64,000 nucleotides of DNA, from the NCBI GenBank assembly GCA_965218095.1, contig OZ244587.1, positions 2,752,001 through 2,816,000 on the forward strand, written 5' to 3'. Origin of the DNA: Candidatus Poribacteria bacterium. GTDB taxonomy: Bacteria; Poribacteria; WGA-4E; PCPOR2b. The position numbers and the translations under genes are program-made. The notes under the pieces are model-generated. The model made no database searches and had not been told where the DNA came from. It was given only the letters and a program-made list of their open reading frames with translations. This document shows, in pieces, positions 1-8,911 of the stretch (position 1 is its first letter; each line of letters begins with the position of its first letter).

Positions 1-11
1 ATGCAATAGAA

Positions 12-968
12 ATGTGCACACAATCAAGAAACAGTACAATTACGGCCATCAATGGGCTCAAAGTTGGACATGCGACAAATGCGACAACACGCACAGGCTG
101 CACAGTAATTCTCTGCGAATCTGGCGGAGTTGCCGGCGTTGATGTCCGCGGATCTGCGCCCGGCACCAGAGAAACCGACGCGATTCGTCCGGGCGGATTG
201 GTAGGGCAAGCCCACGCAATTTTACTCACAGGAGGTAGTGCGTTTGGATTGGACGCAGCGGGGGGAGTTATGCAATTCCTTGAGGAACGCGGTGTTGGAT
301 TTCCAGCAGGACCGGTGCGCATGCCCATTGTGCCGAGCGCGGTGATCTTCGACCTCGGCGTCGGCGACCCGAAGGTGCGTCCAGATCGCAGGATGGGCTA
401 TCAAGCCTGCGTGAACGCGGGGTGCGATCCGGTCGATATGGGGCAAGTCGGGGTGGGTACAGGCGCAACGGTTGGGAAAGGTCCAGGACTACTGCCATCA
501 AATGGCGGCGTCGGATCGGCGTGTCGAGCGTTGAAATCGGGACTGATGGTCGGGGCGATTGTCGTTGTCAATGCGGTTGGAAATGTCGTCGATCCGAGGA
601 CGGGGGAAATCGTGACGGGAGCAAGAGATTCGGAGACCGGCGAGTTTGTGGATATTACAGCGAAGTTATTAGATCAGGCGGACGCAGATCGATTCCAAAG
701 GGCTAGTACGAACACAACCATCAGCCTCGTGGGGACAAATGCTGCTCTCTCACCCACAGAAGTCACGAAGGTTGCCCAGATGGCGCACGACGGCTTGGCA
801 CGAACGATTCGCCCGGTTCATACGATGTTCGATGGGGACACTATTTTTGCCCTTTCGGTGGGAACGCAGGACGCATCCGTCAATACCGTTGGTGTCATTG
901 CAGCGGAGGTTATGGCTGAGGCGGTCTTGCGGGCGGTGGCGGGTGAAACATTGAAACATAATGAGTAA
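12..968 (+). CDS. P1/S58 family peptidase (DmpA-like L-aminopeptidase/D-esterase)
   Basis: 318-aa ORF with GSAPGTRETD, LTGGSAFGLDAA, NTTI and HTMFDGDTIF motifs. Confidence 0.9.
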   Translation: MCTQSRNSTITAINGLKVGHATNATTRTGCTVILCESGGVAGVDVRGSAPGTRETDAIRPGGLVGQAHAILLTGGSAFGLDAAGGVMQFLEERGVGFPAGPVRMPIVPSAVIFDLGVGDPKVRPDRRMGYQACVNAGCDPVDMGQVGVGTGATVGKGPGLLPSNGGVGSACRALKSGLMVGAIVVVNAVGNVVDPRTGEIVTGARDSETGEFVDITAKLLDQADADRFQRASTNTTISLVGTNAALSPTEVTKVAQMAHDGLARTIRPVHTMFDGDTIFALSVGTQDASVNTVGVIAAEVMAEAVLRAVAGETLKHNE

Positions 969-1077
969 TGCGTAAAACGTAAATCCAAGAGTTCAAAAGT
1001 TCATTTGTTCAGAAGTCAATACCCATCAATCCATTTACCTGTTTATTTTCTTGATTTCTAGATTCACTCGTTCATCG

Positions 1078-1587
1078 TTAGAGTGCTTGTTCGCCTGAAG
1101 CGAGGCGTTTAGGCTGGAAGCGTGATTTCAGTTGCTTGACGGTTTGACGAATTGCTCCGCTAAAACCTTGTGATTCCTGCAATATCTCAATCTGTTCCGC
1201 TTGCCGCTCAACCTGTTGGCTCAAATGCATGATGATCGCCTGCGCGCGTTTGCTTGATTCTTCAGCGGCGGCTTGCATCTGATCAATCAAGGCATCGGAT
1301 CGCTTAACTTCCGCTTCTATTCGAGCCTCCAACCGTTCGATTTGAGCGTAGAGATACTGGTTCTCTTCAGTCAATTTCTCAAGTCGCGCATCCTTTTCAC
1401 GAACCAGCATCCGTAAATAGGCAAGCTCATGTTGCCCCAACAGGAGATGATGCACCGAACCATTTGGACTGGATAGCTGGATTGTTTGCAGGGCGTTTGG
1501 GGGTTGAACCGATGTTTCGGCAGTCGCAATCTGGTTTTCCACTATATACTCCTTTTCCACGTTTCTTGTCTCGGTCTCCAATTTCAT
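1078..1587 (-). CDS. Coiled-coil hypothetical protein, possibly lacking its N-terminus
   Basis: 169-aa ORF rich in E/Q/L heptads; no catalytic motif recognised. Confidence 0.6.
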   Translation of the reverse strand: MKLETETRNVEKEYIVENQIATAETSVQPPNALQTIQLSSPNGSVHHLLLGQHELAYLRMLVREKDARLEKLTEENQYLYAQIERLEARIEAEVKRSDALIDQMQAAAEESSKRAQAIIMHLSQQVERQAEQIEILQESQGFSGAIRQTVKQLKSRFQPKRLASGEQAL

Positions 1588-1799
1588 CTAATTGAATATC
1601 TACTGTAAATAACGATAACGCCCTTGGGAAAAATCGCGTTTCAACAAACTCATAGCGAGCAAGAGAGTCGTCAGGTGGGCAGTGCCGGATTACGGGGCTC
1701 GCCCATCAGGAGAGATATGGTTCAGGAATTGCCCTGATTAGGAACCAGGCGTCTGTGCGACCTCCTCCGGCAACCCCTGGGCAATAATCTTCCCGCTGT

Positions 1800-2010
1800 T
1801 ACCTTTCGCCGTACATATCCACCGCAAGTGCCATATAGCCCAATTCTGCCAACATCCGGGCGCGTTTGCGGGCATATTCGTCATGCCCCTACCATTCGTA
1901 TACGACGAGCACTCCGGGGCGTTTGCCCTTCACGCTGTCGTCGTAGATTAGGTATCCTGTCAACACCACGTTATCTGCGGTGTACTCAACCGGTTCCCCG
2001 TGTATAGCTG
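1800..2010 (-). pseudogene. Dienelactone hydrolase family fragment with internal amber stop
   Basis: Manual translation gives EPVEYTADNVVLTGYLIYDDSVKGKRPGVLVVYEW*GHDEYARKRARMLAELGYMALAVDMYG; TAG at 1889-1891 replaces the second Trp of the family EWWG motif. Confidence 0.8.
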
Positions 2011-2020
2011 AACTGTGCTC

Positions 2021-2410
2021 CTACCCATCGCGATCAAGGGATTCGCTCTCAGGCAAATCCGCACCGGGCACAGGGTGGCCCTTTGCCAATTCAGGCGATC
2101 GGTGAAGATGCCCCAGACGTTTTTGCCCTATTGGCTCATCCTCGAAATAGAACGCCTCGAAGTCTTGATATACCGCCAACACATCGTGCTCGTCGCCAGC
2201 TTTAGTACACACAATGTCGCCTGGTTTGACGATGCATTCCTGCCCTTCTGTCATGATCTTGGCACAACCTTTGTAGACGAGCCAATATTCGTGATAATCG
2301 TGGTAATGCCGATCAAAGCGTCCATCGCGCGGGACTTTGAAAATTCCTGCGGCTGTCACTCTGCTCCATTCGGGTTTGTTTCCTTCTCGAAGTCCATGGT
2401 GTACAGGCAT
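2021..2410 (-). CDS. Cupin domain protein
   Basis: HYHDYHEYW...GDIVCTKAGDEH cupin metal motifs. Confidence 0.85.
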   Translation of the reverse strand: MPVHHGLREGNKPEWSRVTAAGIFKVPRDGRFDRHYHDYHEYWLVYKGCAKIMTEGQECIVKPGDIVCTKAGDEHDVLAVYQDFEAFYFEDEPIGQKRLGHLHRSPELAKGHPVPGADLPESESLDRDG

Positions 2411-2715
2411 TATGATTCCTCCTTCAGGTTCTGCGTTGGATTAAAGGTTTTGCAATACAAGAAAGTTTCCATACTGGGTTTCAAATTGACTCCCGGCCTT
2501 ACCAGCTACAGATAAAAAAGAACGGAATAAGTCGTTACAGGCTTTTAAATAAAATGCAAGGACGCCAGGGCGCAAAGAAAAGCATAAACAACCCCTCCAA
2601 CCTCCCCTTCGTAAGGGGAGGCTTGCGACTCTGCGTCTTTGCGTTAAATTAAGAGAGAAGCCTCTATCTACTCATTGCGATTAATTTTACAATTTTCATA
2701 TTTATATCCTTGTAT

Positions 2716-2863
2716 GGCTAACGAACAGAATTCAGTTGTCCGATGAATCGGACGAGCACGGCGCGGGTTTGCCGAAAACGTCCGACCAACCAAAACCTGC
2801 CGCAACCCACAAAACATTGATAAAACCGCAGCTTAAGCCGTCAACGGCAACGACTGGTTCGGC
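2716..2863 (-). mobile_element. Integron attC recombination site (148 bp)
   Basis: On the minus strand it starts GCCGAAC 4 nt after the SIMPL stop and ends GTTAGCC; imperfect palindrome, homologous to 3625-3754. Confidence 0.75.
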
Positions 2864-2867
2864 AGCT

Positions 2868-3605
2868 TCATTGCATTGCGTAATCGACTGTCACTACAGC
2901 ACCGACCTTCTTGGATATCGACGAGACGTCATTAGAGCGTTTCTCGGAAATACTGCTGGCGTCTGCAGAACGCACGCTGAATACACCCTGACGTGCAGCG
3001 CGGAGTGGACCCAGTTTCACACCACTACCTTCAGCTAGCGTCCTTGCTCGCACCCGCGCATCCTTTGTCGCTGCCACCAGTAACGGGCTCTTCAACTCGT
3101 TTACTAGTGTGTAATAGTAGCTGGGCATTCCTGCCTGTAGGTCTATCCCTTCCCCTAGAAGATCAGCAACCGCTGTCGATATTTTTGATATGTTCTGCAC
3201 ATCTCTCGATTTGACCGTGATTTCCTGCGATAGTTGAAATGCTTCTATCTCGCTTGTTTCGTATCCCTTTTCTGTCCGCTTCTTGCGCTCACTTACATGG
3301 ACTGAGAGAATTTCTGCCTCTTGGGCTTTCACACCGTTCTTCTTCAGAAAATCTAACACCTTCTCACGATGTGCAGCAAGAACTGCATATGCTTCTGCCA
3401 TATTCCTATTCCTTGCTTTGACCGTAATATGCCATATCGCCAAATCTGACTCGACTTGGGTCTCGGCATATCCCCTAACCTTGATAATCTGGTGAGACAT
3501 CCGTATGTCCCGCATCGCCTCCGTAACGAGGTAAGTCGAAATCACAAGACCGAGCGCAAGCAAGAAGCCAAATGGTATAAGTGCTTTCGCGTTGTGCATA
3601 CTCAA
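2868..3605 (-). CDS. SIMPL (DUF541) domain protein on an integron gene cassette
   Basis: IKVRGYAE..V.SDLAIW, ATKDARVRARTLAEGSG..LG.LR.ARQGVF motifs; flanked by attC sites. Confidence 0.9.
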   Translation of the reverse strand: MSMHNAKALIPFGFLLALGLVISTYLVTEAMRDIRMSHQIIKVRGYAETQVESDLAIWHITVKARNRNMAEAYAVLAAHREKVLDFLKKNGVKAQEAEILSVHVSERKKRTEKGYETSEIEAFQLSQEITVKSRDVQNISKISTAVADLLGEGIDLQAGMPSYYYTLVNELKSPLLVAATKDARVRARTLAEGSGVKLGPLRAARQGVFSVRSADASSISEKRSNDVSSISKKVGAVVTVDYAMQ

Positions 3606-3624
3606 ACTTCTCCTTATCTTAGCT

Positions 3625-3754
3625 GCCTAACGACCAAAGTTTAGTTACGGCGGGGGTCTGCCGAAAGCCGTCCGACCAACCAAAACCCGCCACAGCCCCA
3701 AAAACATTGATAAAATCACAGCTCCCTACCGTCGACTGCAACGACCGGTTAGGC
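3625..3754 (-). mobile_element. Integron attC recombination site (130 bp)
   Basis: Minus strand GCCTAAC-CGGTC-GTTGCAGTCGAC ... CTAAACTTTGGTC-GTTAGGC: perfect complementary core and inverse core, with typical L-box spacing. Confidence 0.85.
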
Positions 3755-3965
3755 ATGTTCTTTTGTGTGATATTTTTCTTCTATTTCACGAATGAAAAGA
3801 TCTATCTATTCAGGCTCTTTTCTGATGGGCGACTTGAGCATGTTCCTTGAGGAATGACCAGCCCCACGAACAATCTCAAAAGTAGATACGTTGTCCTACT
3901 CAGGGAAGAGTGCCCTATATTCTTGATAGTTAGAGGCCCGTTCAAATCGGTGCTTCCTCTGGGAA
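3749..3965 (-). pseudogene. Degraded 3' end of an upstream cassette ORF, possibly an alpha/beta hydrolase
   Basis: HRFERASNYQEY...P E * DNVSTFEIVRGAGHSS; a final frame ends GCC TAA inside the attC inverse core, as is common for cassettes. Confidence 0.45.
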
Positions 3966-3971
3966 TTCGCC

Positions 3972-4159
3972 TGTACTATCATTAAACCTTTGAGAAATCT
4001 GCGCCGTGACTTTATTGTGCCATGAAAACGAAAAAATGAAACCCCGATAGATCGGGGCAGGCTGTGATACGTGAAACGTCTTGCTTCTTACGCAGTACGT
4101 TCTCGGCTAATGAAAGCACGGCGCCTCCAGAGCGCACCACGCATTTAGTGATACGAACA
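3972..4159. repeat. MITE-like dispersed repeat, family A
   Basis: Starts TGTACTATCATTAAACCTTTGAGAA, as do the copies at 22069 and 33292; degenerate inverted end TTTAGTGATACGA. Confidence 0.6.
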
Positions 4160-4207
4160 CCACGCCATTATTGACGGAAAAAAAGGCTCAAAGACTAAAT
4201 TTTTCCA

Positions 4208-4236
4208 ATCTTATCATTACACTCCAAGTTTGTCAA
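4208..4236 (-). promoter_or_regulatory. Sigma70-type promoter facing the cassette region
   Basis: TTGACA-17 nt-TAAGAT with extended TG. Confidence 0.55.
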
Positions 4237-4262
4237 GCGAATTGTAATGATGTTAGAAAGTC

Positions 4263-4291
4263 TTGACTTTTCTTCCAATCTTTGCTATTCT
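4263..4291 (+). promoter_or_regulatory. Sigma70-type promoter
   Basis: TTGACT-17 nt-TATTCT with extended TG. Confidence 0.6.
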
Positions 4292-4324
4292 AGTATTTCA
4301 TAAGGTTTAAGTTACTAAAAAGTA

Positions 4325-4470
4325 ACCAGTAACCCTTCAGAGGATTTGACGTCGTCCGGGGCGCGTAAGATTCCGTATGAGATCAGATAGACCAACGCTT
4401 GCCTGATTTCAATATGATGCGACTGAATCAGTCCCTGCTCCCTCGAATCCTGAAGTAAAGACGGTGAATG
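4325..4470 (+). ncRNA. Candidate structured ncRNA, rod-like hairpin, possibly 6S RNA
   Basis: Nested pairings CTTCAG/CTGAAG, GATTTGA/TCGAATC, GATTC/GAATC, GAGATCAG/CTGATTTC just downstream of a promoter. Confidence 0.4.
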
Positions 4471-4492
4471 CTCAACGACGAGGAAAAGCGTA

Positions 4493-5074
4493 TTGATGCG
4501 AAAATGTATTCTGCGCACCACTTCCGTGCTTGCTATACTGATTGCACTATCCACCTGGATTGGCTGTGCCGCTTCAGGTGGTGGCAGTAAAATGTTGGAG
4601 GAAGAAGAACAGGTTGCTGTGATAACAACAGAGAAAGGAACAATTGTCATTGAATTGTATCCGGATGCAGCGCCTGCTACAGTTGACAATTTTAAGCAAC
4701 TGGTTGAGAAAAAGTTCTACGATTGGCTGACGTTTCATCGCAGAGAAGACAAACCAGGTCTGAATATTATTCAGGGAGGTGATCCGAAAGGGGATGGGAC
4801 CGGTGGTCCCGGTCATACCATCATTGACGAATATACCAATCCGAATCAAGTTCCTCACCTAAGAGGAACAATCGCAATGGCACGGACGAACGAGCCCGAT
4901 TCGGCAGGGAGTCAATTTTACATCTGCCTCAAAGCACAGCCGGGGCTCGACGGCCGGTACACAACGTTTGGTCAAGTCATTCAGGGTATGGAAGTCGTCG
5001 ATCGACTGAGGGTTGGCGACATAATGAAAAAAGTTCGATTGGAGGCGAAGTCAAAATATGTTACCCCAAAGTAG
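4493..5074 (+). CDS. Cyclophilin-type peptidyl-prolyl isomerase, putative lipoprotein
   Basis: FHR, IQGGDP.GDGTGGPG, AMAR...PDSAGSQFYI, YTTFGQV motifs; signal peptide with Cys. Confidence 0.93.
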   Translation: MMRKCILRTTSVLAILIALSTWIGCAASGGGSKMLEEEEQVAVITTEKGTIVIELYPDAAPATVDNFKQLVEKKFYDWLTFHRREDKPGLNIIQGGDPKGDGTGGPGHTIIDEYTNPNQVPHLRGTIAMARTNEPDSAGSQFYICLKAQPGLDGRYTTFGQVIQGMEVVDRLRVGDIMKKVRLEAKSKYVTPK

Positions 5075-5654
5075 GAACCGAATAAGCAACACCACATGCT
5101 TTACTGTGATGCTTCTTGCAGCACTGTTCACCATATACCTCGTAAGCTGTTCACAGGAAGAGAAAGCCCCACCAAAGCCAAGGGCGCGTCGAACTGTGAG
5201 TGGCCCCGTGCAAAAAAAAGGGCCACAGATCGACATTCATAACGCCATCGCTGTAATTGAAACCGCCAAAGGGACGATCGAAATGGAATTTTTTGCAGAT
5301 ACTGCGCCCAAAACTGTAGAAAACTTTATCAAGAACGCGCGATTGGGATATTATAAGAATGAACCATTCCATCGCGTTGAACCCGAAACACTTATTCAAG
5401 CGGGTTCTCACATGCTTAGGGACACAATACCGATCGAGGCGGGCGAGCACGAACCCGTTCGAGGCGTAATTGCAATGGCAAAGGAGGAGGGGGCAACTGA
5501 AGCCGATGCCGCCGAATTCTTTATCTGCCTCGATACGCTTGTACTAGATAGTGACTACACCCTATTCGGTAAAATCACGAAAGGACTTGATGTGATCGAT
5601 AACATTGAGCAAGGTGACAAGATTGTGAACGTCACCATTCGTGAAAAAGGTTAG
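5058..5654 (+). CDS. Second cyclophilin-like protein with divergent active site, putative lipoprotein
   Basis: APKTVENF, FHRV, IAMAK, FFICL, YTLFGKI; lipobox LVSC. Confidence 0.85.
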   Translation: MLPQSRNRISNTTCFTVMLLAALFTIYLVSCSQEEKAPPKPRARRTVSGPVQKKGPQIDIHNAIAVIETAKGTIEMEFFADTAPKTVENFIKNARLGYYKNEPFHRVEPETLIQAGSHMLRDTIPIEAGEHEPVRGVIAMAKEEGATEADAAEFFICLDTLVLDSDYTLFGKITKGLDVIDNIEQGDKIVNVTIREKG

Positions 5655-5793
5655 ATATTGTCGGAAGGGTTCAGTTCCCAGTCCAGTGAAGTGAACGTTT
5701 TCCAGTTGGTGTGTCTTTTTGCGTAAAACGTAAAACGTAAAAGAGGTCTTCTTACGTTTTACGTTTTATTTCATTTAAAAGAAAGGAATCTTT

Positions 5794-6162
5794 ATGGCAT
5801 TAACTATCATCCACATAGCCCGTCCAAGTCCGGTTTGGCAGGAAACTTACGTTCGCGTTAAGAAGGAACAACGCCTGGTCATTGATGCGCAAGGTGCATG
5901 GTCGCCGGATACACAGAATCGTATCTGCTGGTGCGGTGCTGATGGTATTGCAAATTTACCCGCTGAAGAAGGTTACCTGATGCCCGGGGCCAACGTTGGT
6001 GCGTTAATTGCCAAAATCGGCGATACGGTTTTTGCGGTTGGTTCACGATACGATAATCCCGCTCCGGCTGACGGCGTGCTCTTCCTCGCAATGAACGAAA
6101 ATCTAGACCACAACAATCAAGCGGGATCTCTGCCTGTGCAAATCATCGTTTTTGATGAATAA
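5794..6162 (+). CDS. Small beta-sandwich protein, LecA/PA-IL-lectin-like
   Basis: WQ.T.V.V, A.G.WS, GALIAKIG..VF.VG, G.LFLAMN, N.GSL.V.I pattern. Confidence 0.6.
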   Translation: MALTIIHIARPSPVWQETYVRVKKEQRLVIDAQGAWSPDTQNRICWCGADGIANLPAEEGYLMPGANVGALIAKIGDTVFAVGSRYDNPAPADGVLFLAMNENLDHNNQAGSLPVQIIVFDE

Positions 6163-6254
6163 TCTATCCTTCAAATACACTGCGCGGATTTTCAACCCCG
6201 ATCTTTGATTGGGGTTTCATTATCCAATCCCGTTCCTTATAAGGAGGTGCAAAA

Positions 6255-6635
6255 ATGGCGGAAGGATCAAAAGAGAGAACTTCAGACAGCGCACAATCAA
6301 CCCAACAGGAAAGACCGAAGTTGCCGCCTGTTGATTTTTCCACTTTCATTTCAGAGCTTGCGGCGACTGCTTTTGCTTACCTCGGTGGGCTTCAAAATCC
6401 GGAGACGAAAGAGATGCTGGTCGATCTCGAACTGGCAAAGCGGACGATTGACACAATTGACCTCCTCAAAGAAAAGACAAAAAGCAACTTAACGGTTCCG
6501 GAAAGCAATTTATTAGATAGTACTTTGTACAATCTCAGAATGACTTATATAAGAGTGGCGAATAATCCTCCCAAGCCGGAAACCTCAGAATCGATGAGCG
6601 AAACACCATCCGAAGAAACAAAAACGGAAGGTTGA
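6255..6635 (+). CDS. DUF1844 domain protein
   Basis: DFSTFI..L...A...LG, DLELAKRTIDTIDLLKEKTK.NL...E..LL...LYNLRM.Y. Confidence 0.88.
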   Translation: MAEGSKERTSDSAQSTQQERPKLPPVDFSTFISELAATAFAYLGGLQNPETKEMLVDLELAKRTIDTIDLLKEKTKSNLTVPESNLLDSTLYNLRMTYIRVANNPPKPETSESMSETPSEETKTEG

Positions 6636-6793
6636 ACAAACCCGATCAACTCCGATCGCTTGCTATCGGAGCTCGGCTTTTAATTCCCTTCGCCCTCGTG
6701 TCAAGGATTGGCCGCTTTTAGCAGAGTCAAATTTAGCGACAAACCTTCCGAAGGTTAAAACATTGATGATTCGCTGAATTCACGGAGGGATAA

Positions 6794-7933
6794 ATGGGAA
6801 TTACCGATGTAAAGGCGACTACACTCAAGGGATACAAGCAATGGAACTACATTCTGATTGAAACCGATGAAGGGGTCACAGGGCTGGGGGAAGCCCATCC
6901 GGGGGAAGGGGTTATTGATGTCGCTCTCAAGCAACTCAAGCCGCTTCTTCTGGGGAAAGACCCCCGGGATGTGGAGCCGCTCTATCACTAGATGGTTAAT
7001 GCGCCCAGGAACCGAGCCAGTATTTGCTTATCTGCTATTGGGGGTGTGGAAACCGCACTCTGGGACCTGACGGGCAAGGCGATGGGCGTACCGGTCTATC
7101 GGCTGCTCGGGGGAAAATACCGGGATGGCATCCGACTCTATGCGGATGTCGGGTGGGGCGAAACACATACGCCTGAAGACTGGGCACAGCGAGCACGAGA
7201 GGGCGTGGCAGATGGATACCAGGCAATCAAGTTCGACATCAATGGTTCGGCGGACGAACTCCGACTGGACGCAGTGAATCGGGAATTGAGCACAGCAGAG
7301 TTGGAGAAGATGACGGCATTGGTCGCAGCGGTACGAGACGCGGTGGGAAACAGGATAGACGTTTGTATTGACTGCCACGGTATCTACAGCGTCCATGCGG
7401 CAATGCTGCTGGCAGAACGTCTGGAACCGTTCAACCTGTTCTTCCTGGAAGACCCCGTGCCAAATGAGAACGTCGAGGCCATGGCGAAAGTGGCGGCGTC
7501 CACATCGATTCCAATCTGCACGGGGGAATACTTGTATCGGCGCGACGGGTTCCGGGAGCTCATTCAAGCGCAGGCGTGTGACATACTCCATGTCGATATC
7601 TCAGGGACCGGTGGGATGCTGGAAGCGAAGAAAATCGCTGACCTGGCAGACCTCTACTATATGCCGTTCGCTGCACACAATATCACGTCGCCGGTGGGGA
7701 TAACCGCATCCGCCCACGTCTGCGCGGCGGTGAGAAATCTGTTCATCATGGAGTTGCCCTATCATGCAGATCAGGTGCCGTGGCGGTGGGATTTGGTCAA
7801 GTCTGAAGAACCCCTGATTCAGGATGGTGAATTTGTCCTGCCTGAAGCGCCGGGGCTGGGAATCGGACTGAACGAGGCAGTGGCAAGAGAACATCTGATG
7901 CCGGGGTACGGTTACTTTGGAGAGTCATTGTAG
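6794..7933 (+). pseudogene. Mandelate racemase/galactonate dehydratase-like enolase-superfamily gene with one in-frame TAG
   Basis: ORFs 6794-6991 and 6992-7933 share a frame, separated only by TAG at 6989-6991; ETALWDL.GK, KFD, DCHG, EDP, TGE motifs. Confidence 0.85.
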
Positions 7934-7979
7934 TCCGAAATTCCGATTGCGACAACTTGATGAAATGGGAGGGACAAAG

Positions 7980-8858
7980 ATGCGTTGGAGGAGTCAATCA
8001 ACACCCACTGAAGTGGTGCGCATCCCTGCTGTCGCTGGCAGTTTTTATCCGGGTTCGCGGAACGCCCTATCCGCACAGGTGGAAGAATTCATCGGTAACG
8101 CCGATCTGAAACCGACAGATAGTGAGCTCATTGGACTCATTGCGCCGCATGCCGGCTATGTCTACTCCGGTCATGTCGCGGGGCACGCGTACAAACAGTT
8201 GGAAGGGAAGTCTTTCGACACGGCCATCCTGATCGGCTTGAGCCACTGCTACCCTGTGCGTAATGCAGCAATTTACGCCCGTGGCTCATTTCGCACGCCG
8301 CTTGGGGATATTGAGATCGACGCGGAGCTCGCCTCTGAGATTATGCGCCTGAATAGCGATGTCGTTGACCTGTCGCCTGCCCATGCTAACGAGCATAGCT
8401 TGGAGGTGCAGGTGCCGTTTCTGCAGCAATCCCTTTCCAATTTCCGCATCGTCCCCCTCCTGTTACAAGACGACTCGCCCGAAAATGTCATGCCCTTGAG
8501 TCGGGCAATTGTCCAAGCTGTCGGCAATCGATCCGTCCTGCTAATTGGCAGTACGGATCTCTGCCACTACCCGGTCTATGAAGAAGCGCGAAAGTCAGAT
8601 CAGGTCGTCATTGAGGCTATCGGGCGTTTTAACACCGATTACTTGCGGGAGCAGATGGATGAATACATGCAAGCCTACCCCGTGCGGGAACTTCACTGCA
8701 TGATGTGCAGCACGGGGGCAATCTATACCACAATGGAGGCGGCGAAACAGTTGGGCGGGCATCGGATTGAGGTGCTGAAAGCGGCGAACTCCGGGGATGT
8801 CCTGATGGGGCGGCATGATCAGGTGGTTGGGTATATGGCGGCGGGGATTTATCGGTGA
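7980..8858 (+). CDS. amrB: AmmeMemoRadiSam system protein B (MEMO1 family)
   Basis: R.PAVAGSFYP, IAPHAGYVYSG, EHSLEVQVPFLQ, STDLCHY, NSGDV...VVGY. Confidence 0.9.
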   Translation: MRWRSQSTPTEVVRIPAVAGSFYPGSRNALSAQVEEFIGNADLKPTDSELIGLIAPHAGYVYSGHVAGHAYKQLEGKSFDTAILIGLSHCYPVRNAAIYARGSFRTPLGDIEIDAELASEIMRLNSDVVDLSPAHANEHSLEVQVPFLQQSLSNFRIVPLLLQDDSPENVMPLSRAIVQAVGNRSVLLIGSTDLCHYPVYEEARKSDQVVIEAIGRFNTDYLREQMDEYMQAYPVRELHCMMCSTGAIYTTMEAAKQLGGHRIEVLKAANSGDVLMGRHDQVVGYMAAGIYR

Positions 8859-8911
8859 TGAGGATAACCGTCAGATTGATTCAACTTGTATGGAAGTTGA
8901 AGGAGTGCAGA

